Source: Podarcis bocagei
Taxonomy: Eukaryota
NCBI GenBank assembly: GCA_964188305.1
Contig: OZ076903.1
Strand: one strand, 5' to 3'
Length of the DNA stretch: 64,000 bases
This document shows, one piece after another, positions 51,592-62,889 of the stretch. Each line of letters begins with the position of its first letter. The first letter of the stretch is position 1. The notes below the pieces were generated by a model. The model ran no database searches, was not told the DNA's origin, and saw nothing but the letters and a program-made list of their open reading frames with translations. Made by a program: the position numbers and the translations under genes.

Positions 51592-52056
51592 TATAGGGCA
51601 GCTTCTGGTGTTTTCCTGAGATCAGGCATTCGCCGGTTTGCTGAGTTGACTGTTAGAGCATTATGCATCCAGTTATTTCAGGCTCTCTTGTAAATAATTG
51701 AAAAAAGCACTTTTAAAGCATAGTTGTCAACGTTTCCCTTTTTTAAAGGGAAATTCCCTTATTCCGAATAGGATCCTCTCAAGAAAAGGGAAAAGTTGAC
51801 AGCTATGCTTATAAAGAGTTCAAAGCAAGACCGTACCCATCACTGAGCAAACATAACAAGCACTAAACCTGCTGTATTAAGACCAGTGAAAGCCACCTGA
51901 GCCGTCAGGTGGGGATGGAGCAAGAATTGAAAAAATTCATGGTTGGAAGCTTACTCTCTTCCATTCCTTCGGAAATTGGAGGCCTCAGAAGAGGCTATTA
52001 GAAAGTTACATTTTGCATTCACCAAACTGCTGGACAGGAAAGCCACATTCACTCAC

Positions 52057-52129
52057 CTGAATGTCCCTCAGCAACAGACTCAGACGTGAAGAGGAATCTC
52101 TTCTCTTTCAGGGCGACGTTATGTGACAT
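52057..52129 (-). CDS. S-adenosylmethionine synthetase (MAT family, divergent paralog), exon 1: MSHNVALKEKRFLFTSESVAEGHS/D
   Basis: FLFTSESVxEGH motif. ATG at 52129, GTGAGT donor after 52057, 73 nt; same phase-1 intron position as MAT1A/MAT2A. Confidence 0.92.
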
Positions 52130-52368
52130 GTTCCCTGACAAAAAGTTGTTTTCAGGAAGAGAATAACTTAGGAAGAAATTGGCAAGGGCTGGTTTTCACT
52201 TAGCACACATGGAAGGGAACTATAAAGAGTGTACCTGAGCTGCTGCCTTAATAACCATTTATCATAATGATCAAAGTCCAAAGGGTTATAACTGCTCTTA
52301 AGAAGCTCTTTGTAAGCAGTCCTCTGTGATCCTTGCCCATCTGGCTCCAAGCCAATTAATAATCAATA
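52130..52368 (-). promoter_or_regulatory. Non-CpG-island promoter/5' UTR of the MAT-like gene with an HNF4-type site (CAAAGTCCA, 52272-52280) and an HNF1/ONECUT-like element (attaataatcaat)
   Basis: Lies directly upstream of the ATG; motifs read by eye. Confidence 0.45.
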
Positions 52369-53460
52369 TCAAATTGCAAACATGTGCTGGATTATGGAGA
52401 AAGCTTGAGAGTTCCAGAAGGACATCTACTTCTGCTTCATTGACTATGCAAAAGCTTTTGACTGTGTCGACCACAGCAAACTATGGCAAGTTCTTAAAGA
52501 AATAGGAGTGCCTGATCACCTCATCTGTCTCCTGAGAAATCTCTATGTGGGACAAGAAGCTACAGTTAGAACTGGATATGGAACAACTGATTGGTTCAAA
52601 ATTGGGAAAGGAGTACGACAAGGCTGTATATTGTCTCCCTGCTTATTTAACTTATATACAGAATTCATCATGCGAAAGGCTGGGCTGAATGAATCCCTAG
52701 CCGGAATTAAGATTGCCGGAAGAAATATCAACAACCTCAGATATGCAGATGACACAACCTGGATGGCAGAAAGTGAGGAGGAATTAAAGAACCTTTTAAT
52801 GAGGGTGAAAGAGGAGAGCGCAAAATATGATCTGAAGCTCAACATCAAAAAAACGAAGATCATGGTCACTGGGACCATCACCTCCTGGCAAATAGAAGGG
52901 GAAGAAATGGAGGCAGTGAGAGATTTTACTTTCTTGGGCTCCATGATCACTGCAGATAGTGACAGCAGCCACGAAGTTAAAAGATGCCTGCTTCTTGGGA
53001 GAAAAGCAATGACAAACCTAGACAGCATCTTAAAAAGCAGAGACATCACCTTGCCAACAAAGGTCTGTATAGTTAAAGCTATGGTTTTCCCAGTAGTGAT
53101 GTATGGAAGTGAGAACTGGACCATAAAGAAGGCTGATCGCCGAAGAATTGATGCTTTTGAATTATGGTGCTGGAGGAAACTCTTGAGAGTCCCATGGACT
53201 GCAAGAAGATCAAACCTCTCCATTCTGAAGGAAATCAGCACTGAGTGCTCACTGGAAGGACAGATCGTGAAGCTGAGGCTTCAATACTTTAGCCACCTCA
53301 TGAGAAGAGAAGACTACCTGGAAAAGACCCTGATGTTGGGAAAGATGGAGGGCACAAGGAGAAGGGGACGACAGAGGATGAGATGGTTGGAAAGTGTTCT
53401 TGAAGCTACCAGCATGAGTTTGGCCAAACTGCGGGAGGCAGTGGAAGTGCCTGGCGTGCT
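52369..53460 (+). mobile_element. BovB/RTE-clade LINE, 5'-truncated, covering the RT domain
   Basis: ORF 52508..53470 has GVRQGCILSP, NLRYADD and RRIDAFELWCWRR motifs typical of RTE/BovB. Confidence 0.95.
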
Positions 53461-53499
53461 TTACCTTTAAGCAACAAGTGAGAGCTGCCTTGAGGTGCA

Positions 53500-53715
53500 A
53501 GATGACTGCTTTGGAAAACTGGGCCAAAATTAAGAAAATGAATTTCAATAGGGACAAATGCAAGGTTGTACACTTAGTCAGGAAGAACCATTGCACAAAT
53601 ATAAGATGGGGACACCTGGATTGCCAGTAGTACATGTGAAAAGGAGCTAGGGGTCTTAGTTGACCACAAGCTTAATATGTGTCAACTGTGTGTTGCAGCA
53701 GCAAAAAAAGACTGA
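53500..53715 (+). mobile_element. CR1 LINE fragment
   Basis: Degenerate ORF2 segment (MNFNRDKCKVVHL, then EKELGVLVDHKLNM in a shifted frame). Confidence 0.7.
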
Positions 53716-53944
53716 TTGGGTCAGCCCTATGTCCATCCATTCTGGACCGAGTTTCAGATGACTAAATACAGCAACGTGCTCATCTTTACCCATTTGCCAT
53801 TCCATCTCCAGGCTTCCATACTCTCCTGTCCCTTGGCCTGTCATCTGTTTTTGGCAGCCAGTAGCGTACATGATAGGTTGGACAATAAACAGTTGTTAAA
53901 CAGATTATCCTGTATTCAAGTTTCTTAAAGTTATATTAGACTCA

Positions 53945-53978
53945 GGTAGGTAGGCATGTTGGTCTGATGCAGTCAAAA

Positions 53979-54025
<47 letters not shown>

Positions 54026-54140
54026 ATGTCTAGTAGCACCTTATAGACCGACTAAGTTTCTTCTGGTATAAGTTTTTGTGTACACATGAAAGCTTATAGC
54101 AGAACAAACTTAGTTGGTCTATAAGGTGCTACTAGACAAT
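53945..54140. mobile_element. Penelope-like element end forming an inverted repeat; related fragment at about 59815-59920
   Basis: gtagcacctta.agacc.actaag motif present in both orientations. Confidence 0.5.
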
Positions 54141-54922
54141 TTTTATTATTTTATACTGTTTGCAATGTTGAGGAAAAGACTTGGTCAACGGATATATTCC
54201 ATCAGTTTGTATCCTGGCTGCAATAGATTTACAGACAGATTTTCTGTGATCCAATTATTTTGTAAATTCGTTCATTACAGCATTCCTTGGTAATCAGCTA
54301 GTATGTTTCTTAAAAGGGCAGGAAGCAAGTGCATTTCTCCATAACGCTATTCAATTGTACACAATCAATGTACATGATTTTACATATTTACAAATTCACT
54401 TTTCTGCAGATAATATGCAGTTTGTTCCACAATAAAGAAATATGGATTGAGTGCTATTTTCAGAAGCTGAATTCTTTATTAATCTCAGTTTGCTAACCCT
54501 CAGACTCAAAGCTTTTAAACAGGTTTTGGAAATCATTAAGATGTGGTTCATAGTTTTGATCCCAGATTTGCCCTCTCAGTTTATTTGGTTTCAGATGTGG
54601 TTATTAAAAAAAAAAAAGGAGCAGCAATCATTACATCAACCAGTCCAGCCTTCTTCAAAGCCAGCTTCCAAGCAGCCTACGCTGTAAGCCCAAGAACATT
54701 CTGGAAATGTTAGAAAACACAAGTTCGGTTTTTTATATACTGTATATTTGTATTTCCCATGAGAAATTCAGACCTGTATGTGCGCATTTCTCAGGAGAGT
54801 TCTTAAAAAGCGGGTACAGCAGCTAACATCTTACACACAGGCCATGTTTCTCATATCATATGGATTGCAACAGGACGACCACCGAAGAAAGTCTGACGAA
54901 AAATGTCCACGGTGTACTGTTC

Positions 54923-55334
54923 TCATAGCCCGGAGGGCTGAAATTCTTCTTCAAGGACCTCCTCCACAGTCGCGTTCTCATAAGCAGGAGGGGGGGTGAG
55001 GGGCTCCGGACGTTCTGCCCGCTCTTCAACACCTTTGAGTTCGTGGGTATCAGAGACAAATCGCTGCAGTTTTGGCGGCATGAGCAACCTGAGGTGGAAC
55101 CGGGACTGTAGATCTGCCTCCGAGGCACGGTGTGTGCCTGGTGCCACCGAAACACTGAACGCCTCGACCACAGTCTCTCCGTGGGCAGGAGGCTCAATGA
55201 CCACGCTGTACGGAGGGGGTTCCACTGGGGTTGCCCCTTGGCTGGAGGTGATGGTCCAGATGGTTGGTCCCGATAAGTAGCCAGTAGTCACCATCTCCTC
55301 ATATGCCGGGGCCTCATAGGCCTCATTGTCTATG
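54923..55334 (-). CDS. TMEM139/TMEM51-family-like terminal coding exon (IDNEAYEAPAYEE...PPPYS...EPLTPPPAYE...*)
   Basis: Strong polypyrimidine tract and CAG acceptor at 55335-55337, then an open frame to TGA. The motifs DNEA.E.P.YEE, PPPYS and EPLTPPPAY match the TMEM139 cytoplasmic tail. No upstream TM exon was found. Confidence 0.75.
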
Positions 55335-55730
55335 CTGGTAAAAGAGAGGGGAAGTAGTTAAAAACCCAAATCATTATAATAGTTCCATGCTAGTCACTGA
55401 AGTCACCACCCTCCCATGCTAATACTTAAGAGAAAGGGAGCCAATTGTTATTTGGGCAGTGTGGGATAGAGAGACAGAAAGAGATAGATAGGGATAGACA
55501 GAGAGAGAGGGATAGAGAGATAGAGAGAGATAGCAGTTGCATTGGAAGTAAGCACGGACACCGCAGGGATTTGAACCCCGTCCTGGGAACCAGGAGCGCC
55601 AACCACCAGTGTCTTTTGCTTTTTTTTTGAGCAATGCAACAAGGGGAAAAGCAAAACCTGAGAGAACATTCTGCAAACGTTCTCTCAGGAAAAAGAAAAC
55701 CTTAAGATGTTAAGAAGAGCTCTTTGGATA

Positions 55731-57575
55731 GACCTGTGAAGAGAAAAAAGAAAATAGGAAAAAGAAGTGACCAATACAAAAAAACATTGTCTTGAAAAAG
55801 ACAACTGGGTGGTGCAATGTGAACTTACCTAAAGCAGCACAGTCCAAATGTAGGCGACTCTCACTTCAGGTACACTGAACTCTGCGAAGCCTGAAGGAAA
55901 GAAGAGCTGGGAGAAAAGAAGAAGTCTTCTCCTACCAGATGAGCCTCATTGTGGTGACACGGAACAGGGCCTCTTCTGACAACTCTGTCACCGCAACCTG
56001 AAAGAGTCTTAGCACAAAGAGCTGCAGACAGAACACAATAGAGATTTCCTCCCTGGCCAAGCAAGGGATACTCACCTAAATGTCCTTCAGTCATGGAATA
56101 CCATTTTGACTGCCTTTTTATTTGAAGCTGGGTAAGCCATTAATCTAGAGGGGCAGAACAGAGACATCTAGAATCACTAGTTTGTCCCCAGTAACTTTCC
56201 ACCAATCCTACAGAAAACGGGTTGTTTAAAAAAAAACAAAACAGCTTTTCTTACCACCATGACTTCTGTGACTCTGATGGAAGAGCTGGCTTCATCTCAG
56301 TGTTGTAGGAGCTTTGGAGAGACCTGTGAAGAGACCAGCAGAAAAGAAAATGGGAAAAAGGAGAGAGCAATACAAAAAAAAATTGTCTTGAAAAAAGCCA
56401 ACAGAGTGGTGGAATGTGAACTTATCTAAAGCAGCAGTCCAAATGTAGGCGACTCTCACTTCACATACACTGAACTCTGCGAAGCTTGAAAGAAAGAAAA
56501 GCTGGAACAAAAGGAGAAGTCTTCTCCTACCTGCAGGTGAGCCTCATCGTGATGACATGACATGGAATAGGGCCTCTTCTGACAACTCAGTCACAGCAAC
56601 CTGGAAGAATCTTAGCACAATGAGTTGCAGACAGAACACAATAGAGATTTCCCCCCAAGCCATTCAAGGGATACTCTGAGAAACTTGAAGGAAAGGTGAG
56701 CCGGTACAAAAGGAGAGAAGGGCTGGAACAAAGGAAGCAGTCTTCTCCTACCTGCAGGTGATCCTCATTGTGGTGACACAGAATAGGCCCTCTTCTGACA
56801 ATTCAGTCACCGCAACCTGAAAGAGTCTTAGCATAATGAGTTGCAGACAGAACACAACAGAGATTTCCTCCCTGGCCAAGCAAGGGATACTCACCTAAAT
56901 GTCCTTCAGTCACGGAATACCATTTTTAACCGCCATTTTATTTAAAGCTGGATGAGCCATTAATCTAGAGGGGCAGAACAGAGACATCTAGAATCACTAG
57001 TTTGTCCCCTGTCACCTTCCACCAATCTTACAGAAAATGAGATTTAAAAAACAAACAAAAAGAAAACAGCTTTCTTACCACAGCTTTCTGTGACTCTTGT
57101 GAAAGAGCTGGCTTCATCTCAGTGTTGTAGGATCTTTGGAGAGACCTGTGAAGAGACCAGCAGAAAAGAAAATGAGAAAAGGGAGAGACCAACACAAAAA
57201 ACAATGTCTTGAAAAAAGACAACTGAGTGGTGGAATGTGAACTTACCTAAAGCAGCACAGTCCAAATGTAAGCGACTCTCACTTCACGTACACTGAACTC
57301 TGCGAAGCCTGAAGGAAAGAAGAGCTGGGAGAAAAGAAGAAGTCTTCTCCTACCAGATGAGCCTCATTGTGGTGACACGGAACAGGGCCTCTTCTGACAA
57401 CTCTGTCACCGCAACCTGAAAGAGTCTTAGCACAAAGAGTTGCAGACGGAACACAATAGAGATTTTCTCCCTAGCCAAGCAAGGGATACTCACCCAAATG
57501 TCCTTCAATCGTGGAATACCATTTTTACCACCAGTTTTGTTTGAAGCTGGATGATCCATTGATCTAGAGAGGCAC
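55731..57575. repeat. Locally triplicated block (units start at 55731, 56321, 57143); unit 2 has an extra internal duplication
   Basis: gacctgtgaagaga and the downstream sequence recur with high identity. Confidence 0.9.
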
Positions 57576-58926
57576 AACAGAGAGATGAGATTCAGACTTA
57601 AAGAACTTTCCTAAGAGAAATAATACACTTTCATGCAGGGTCCTGGAGTTGCTACATCCCTGAGAAGTCGCTCTGCATCTCCTTCTCCACAGGAGCCAAG
57701 GACAAACCACCTCTTTCTTATCATTGCCACCTGCAACTTCATTCTCAAAATGCCTTCTTTGCTTTTCCACAGTGGAATTGGCAAAGTCACCTTCATTTTG
57801 CTTGTGGTTTTTATCTTCCTCAAATGCTGGCATGTTTGGGACCTTCTGGATTTAGAAACATCTTCAGGAACAAAAAAACCTCAACAATGTTTTGGTGCCC
57901 GTCTTCTGCAATTCCCCCATAGCTTCAAATTAGGTAAAATGCTCTGAGCCGTGATGAGTGCATTTTGCTTCTGCTGCTGCTACCTGCGGCACTTGCTGTC
58001 CACCAAAATCTTGGCACACTCATTCTAAGGGAGGGTTACAGGTGCTACTAGATGCCACTCTCAGGGCTAGATGAAAAACAAAGAACTTAGAACCTCAGGA
58101 AGGTGGTACACACAAGGACTTTCCAGACTTTCTAGCAAGAGACAAGAAGTAAGTATGCCTGCAATGCTCCCCAAATCCCTTCCTTCTCATCTATCCTATT
58201 CCTAGCTTCAGTAAAAACTTATTATCAAAGTATTACTAAGAACATTGCAGAGGGCTTTCAGTTATTGTGTTACCAGCTACACTTCATCAGCCTGGATCCA
58301 CCAACACTTCTTGCTTCCAAGTCTTTCCTATGCTAAAGTCTTCCCAATCTTGACTTTTCTAGGTTGAGAAATGAAAACCTCACACTTTCCCTAACATCAG
58401 ATGGCTTCTCCAGCTGCCTTTTAAAAGAAAAACTTTCCATTTCCCCATCCCATTTTTCACTGTGCTTTAAGCAAACTTCATATCCATCTATGTGCTTTCA
58501 TGTGCTCCTTTTTACATCCAAAGACTAGTTTGAAAAGTAAGCAAAACTTGATTTATCCCCTTCATATTCCTTCATTTTCTCTTGCCTTCTCCAGTTTTCA
58601 CATGGGTTTTTTTTTGTTTTGGTGATTATCCTTAAAATCTTCATCTTGGTATTTTTCTGAGTTTTCAGTTTAGATTTTGCTTGGCTAAGCTTTCTTTTGG
58701 GGACTTTCACAAAGTCCATCTTTTGTCCACAAATGACTGTCCCTCTTTGATTAGGATTAATTCTTCTTTGGTCTTCTATTTTCTTTCCGTTTCTGTTTGT
58801 TTTCAAAATTATTGCCTCTCCTAACACTTTTTAGACAGATACCTAATTAATACATATATATATCAGCTCACAGGTGAAAATTACTTGTACCTCTTTTTGA
58901 AGTTGTAAACAGTAATGTTTCAGTAG

Positions 58927-59553
58927 TGTTAAGGGAAAAATCTGAGGGCTCCCTTGGACAAAAACAAAGACACCAACCATGAAAACTTGGAGCAAAACAG
59001 CAGCCTGTAGGCTTGGGCTTTATTGATTTGTTGCAACAGGGTGCTCCCCTCACCCGCAGGAGAGAGAAGGGACCCAGAGAAATGGTGTGCAAGGCCTTAT
59101 AAAGACTTTTGAAATTGCCACCCTGTAGATCAAGACCACCCCCAGAAACATCATACATCACAGAAGGGGTGTAACCTAAGACCACCCCTCAGATACATCC
59201 CACCTACATCACAAAATAAACAGAAATTTGAATGTTGTTTTTCTCCTGTCCTTGTTTATCTCCTGTCTACTTGATTGGATTGCCTGGGGAGCCTGGCCAG
59301 TCTTTTGTAATGATAAATACTTAGTTCCTGGGCCAGGTCACAGGCTCACACCCTATTCAAACACACACATACCCTTAAGACAGGGTTTGTGAAGGAAAAG
59401 ACAATGGGGAGGCTTTTCCACTTTGACCTTGCAGAGAAAGCATTTGCTCAGTTTAGGAATCAAAATGGCTTCAGGTCGGTCTTCCTGTGCTGATCTATGT
59501 ACGTGCGGTTATGAACATTACCATATATCTAAGACCTCAAAATTCCTATCACA
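58927..59553 (-). mobile_element. Solo LTR, probably ERV class I
   Basis: TG...CA termini and a 4-bp target duplication gtag (58923-58926, 59554-59557). Minus-strand TATAA near 59097 and AATAAA near 59019. Confidence 0.75.
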
Positions 59554-62500
59554 GTAGAGTAAAATCCCTTTGTTTACTTAAAAAATCTAAGCAGTTGTGT
59601 TTACAAACCTGTTTCATCTTCCCCATCTGCGTCTTTTTCCTAATCCCTCTGCCCCTTAACTCCTTCAGCTTTGACCAGTGAGAGGGCTAACACCAGTACT
59701 ATACCCAGGGACAGGCTCACTCACTAGACTCTGGCTCGCTCCTTCCACCACCTGTTGGTCATAATGACACATAAAAAAGTCCCTTGCAGCATTAATACAG
59801 TGGGTGCAAATTGCAGATAGGTAGCCGTGTTGGTCTGCCATAGTCAAAATAAAAAAAATCCTTCCAGTAGCACCTTAAAGACCAACTAAGTTAGTTCTTG
59901 GTATGAGCTTTCGTGTGCATATCGTGTGCATATTTCGTGGGTGCAAATGTCTTCATTTTCAGCATGCAATCATCGCAGGGCTTTGCTGAGGAATTAGTAT
60001 TTTCTTCCCACATTAATACATTCTGGAAATAAATAAGTGTGTTTCACACTGTTCCTTTTATCTTATTATGAAGGTAACTCCTTCACCATTTCATCTTGAC
60101 CCACACTTGAATAAACCTGCAAACAGGTGTGTGTTTACTCAGAAATTAGTCCTGATATATTCTGTGGGGCTTACCCCTTTGTGTTTTTAGTATTGCAGCT
60201 GAAGATGTTGGATTGGGGAGGGCATGCTCATCACTTCTTGGCATTTATTAACCCATCGCACTCTCAAGTGACCACCATGAAAAAGGGCTGAGGGAAAAGC
60301 TATGGGAAGAGGGGCTGGCTTATGACCATGGGCCTAGCCAAGGTGGCAGGGGGCAGGTGCCCCCCTCAATCAATACAAATACTTTAAAAACTTGAGTTTC
60401 TGCCTTCCCTAACAAAAGCCTGCCCCCCCCCATGCTTGGGACTCAGGGGGCCCCATTGAATTCTATGGAACAAAATAAACAGGCTGCAATCTGGGGCACA
60501 GCTGAAAAGGACAGCAGTTGCTTCTCACTCCAGACACTTGAGACTGCATACACACATTTTAGTCTAGAATCAATGGTGTCTGAGTGCTGGCATGTGTTTT
60601 TAAATGTACAGGCAGCGACTATTTTACATGCATATAATTGAGGTGTGACCGTCACACACTCATCTCTGTGGACCTGGAAATGGCCCAGAAAGGGGGTGGA
60701 ACGAGAAGGGGGCAGGGTGGGGCGGAACAGGGTGGGCTTATGCATGGTCCACCAACACACGTGAAGACCCAGAACGCAACCCCCATGCAAATGGGCAGTT
60801 GCCTGTAATCGATACGATCTAGACTGTAGAGCTATTGCACATCTTTTGTCTGAAAAGATCTTGAGATTGTGTACACCCTATGGGAGCAATCCACTGTTGT
60901 GTTATTATTGAATGTTCTGTCAGCGCAAGTGGTTCAACTTTCCAGATGGAACAGTCCCTCCTCTCTGAGACTCCATCCCAGCATGTTTTTCTGGGGGTTC
61001 TCCTGACCCTCCCAGAGCCATTTTGGGGGAACACACAGGCAGGGGACAGCGGGGAAGAGAAGGGAGGGCACTCCATTTCACAAGCAAATCTCCATATGCA
61101 GGGTTTCTGCTGAAAGGACTCATTAGGTGACTCCCACCCTATACCTTTACAGGACATTCAAACATATTATTTCCCTCAAACGATTCTGGATACTGCAGTT
61201 TGTTAAGGGTCTCTGGGGTCAGTTTCAGGGTCCGTTCCATAACCTACGAGCTATGTAGCCTTTTGTCCTCAGGTAGGGAAATCAAAGCATCAGCTGATGC
61301 ATGAAAGAGCATATGATTTCCTTCTTCATACAGGTGCCCATTCACCCCCACTGCCCAGCAGGAGCAAATTTCCCTTTGCAATGGTGTGTTGCTGGTGGTT
61401 GGAGCATGCTGGGCTTGGAAGGGGGTGGCTGGAAAAGATGTCCTTCCTGGGAGGCATCTGTGCTCTGGCCACCAAAAGGTCATCTCAGGGGAGGGGAGGA
61501 AGCCCACCAGCACCTGATTCTTAGCAGCTTGTTGGAAGGTTTATGACGTTCCTTTATTGCTCCCATTTCCTTGAGGTGTATTGAAAGCTACAAAACACCA
61601 AAGGCCAAGGAAATGAACGACTTGGGATACGGAGGCAAGTGTTCATCCCCAACCAAGCCTCAACAGTGAGATGGAGTTTGTCTTTGAGGCAATGTTATGT
61701 ACTAAGTTGGCAACAAAGCTTGAGCTACCTTCAGCATCTTTTCAACCATAAAATAAAAACCATTGCAGTGGGGATGTTGTGGTGTCATTTAAGTGAATTT
61801 ATGTCACCATCTTTTGTATGACTAGATTGCTGGTTAAGTGTTGACTGCTTGTTTTTAGACCTGGTTCTAGAATTAGACCTGGTTCTAGAATGGGTGGCTG
61901 CTAGCTCTGGAATCTGTGAGCTAGCTGGTATGGTCCTGTTCATATTCTTGACCATTGGGCCTCTCTAAAAGTAAATCCCATTGGTGAAGTGTGCCTCTAA
62001 TTTTAATTCAGAAAACGTTGGATGCCTCAGGTGTCAATACCCTGCAAATCAAGAGAAAATGAAAGCATTTTTTGTTTTGCTTGTCTCAGCAGCATGCATG
62101 GGGTGGAGACACACCTCAGTGTGTGTGTGTGTGTGTGTTCAGGAAATGGTAGGTTCACGGTGTGAAAAACAAACAAGTGTTAGCAGGTGACATATATATT
62201 ATATATATTGGGGAATGGGAGCACCAATGACTCACACTTCCTCTTCCAATATTTATTTTAGTGCGTGTAATTCCCCTCTTTGAGAAAGTTCCAAAATTAC
62301 CGAATTACAATGAAGTGCATGTGGCACTAAATGTGACACGTGTTTGGTACCGATGATGGGTAGTTATCTTTACATTCTTTTCGTACCACCCTGGTACGTT
62401 CTGTTCACCTTGAGTTCACACCATATCAATCTGTACTTATCCCTCTGTGTACATTCCTTTCGTACCACCCTGGAACGTGCAGTCCATTAGGAGATCATGC

Positions 62501-62889
62501 CTGTCGAAACTCTGCGTTCCTTTTTCCAACCTTTAACCTATCGATGATTAACGTCTTATATGCAACCCTTGCTTTGTACTTATGTTAACCAATCGGCAAC
62601 AAGCACAGATGTGGCAATGCTGTAATATTCAATAAAAGGGACTCCCCGACACTTGTTGGGAAGACGCCTCCCGTATGACACCTACCACTCGTCTGTTGTT
62701 TAACCCAACACGTGCCAATATTCTGGGCCTGGTTATATGTCACAGAATTGTAAAACAGAAAATTCAAAAAAAATTATATCCCCCCCGCTCAAATTAATGG
62801 TTTTAAAAGAAACGACACGAGAAGACTCGGGTCTAGTGAGCTGCATCCCCATGGATCCTCGTTCATAATGAAACCCAATGCAAAGTGAA

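Noticed and set aside
40055-52129. Naming the gene MAT1A or MAT2A, or invoking bacterial transfer because of KDPSK
   Set aside because: The residues are mosaic and the synteny fits neither gene. All eight vertebrate intron positions are present, which rules out recent horizontal transfer or retroposition.
52543-53241. 232-aa minus-strand ORF
   Set aside because: Antisense shadow of the BovB reverse transcriptase frame.
55545-55680. Missing TM exon of the TMEM139-like gene, or a Pol III RNA (B-box-like GGTTCAAATCC on the minus strand)
   Set aside because: No sufficiently long hydrophobic segment or suitable phase-2 donor; no convincing A box or terminator.
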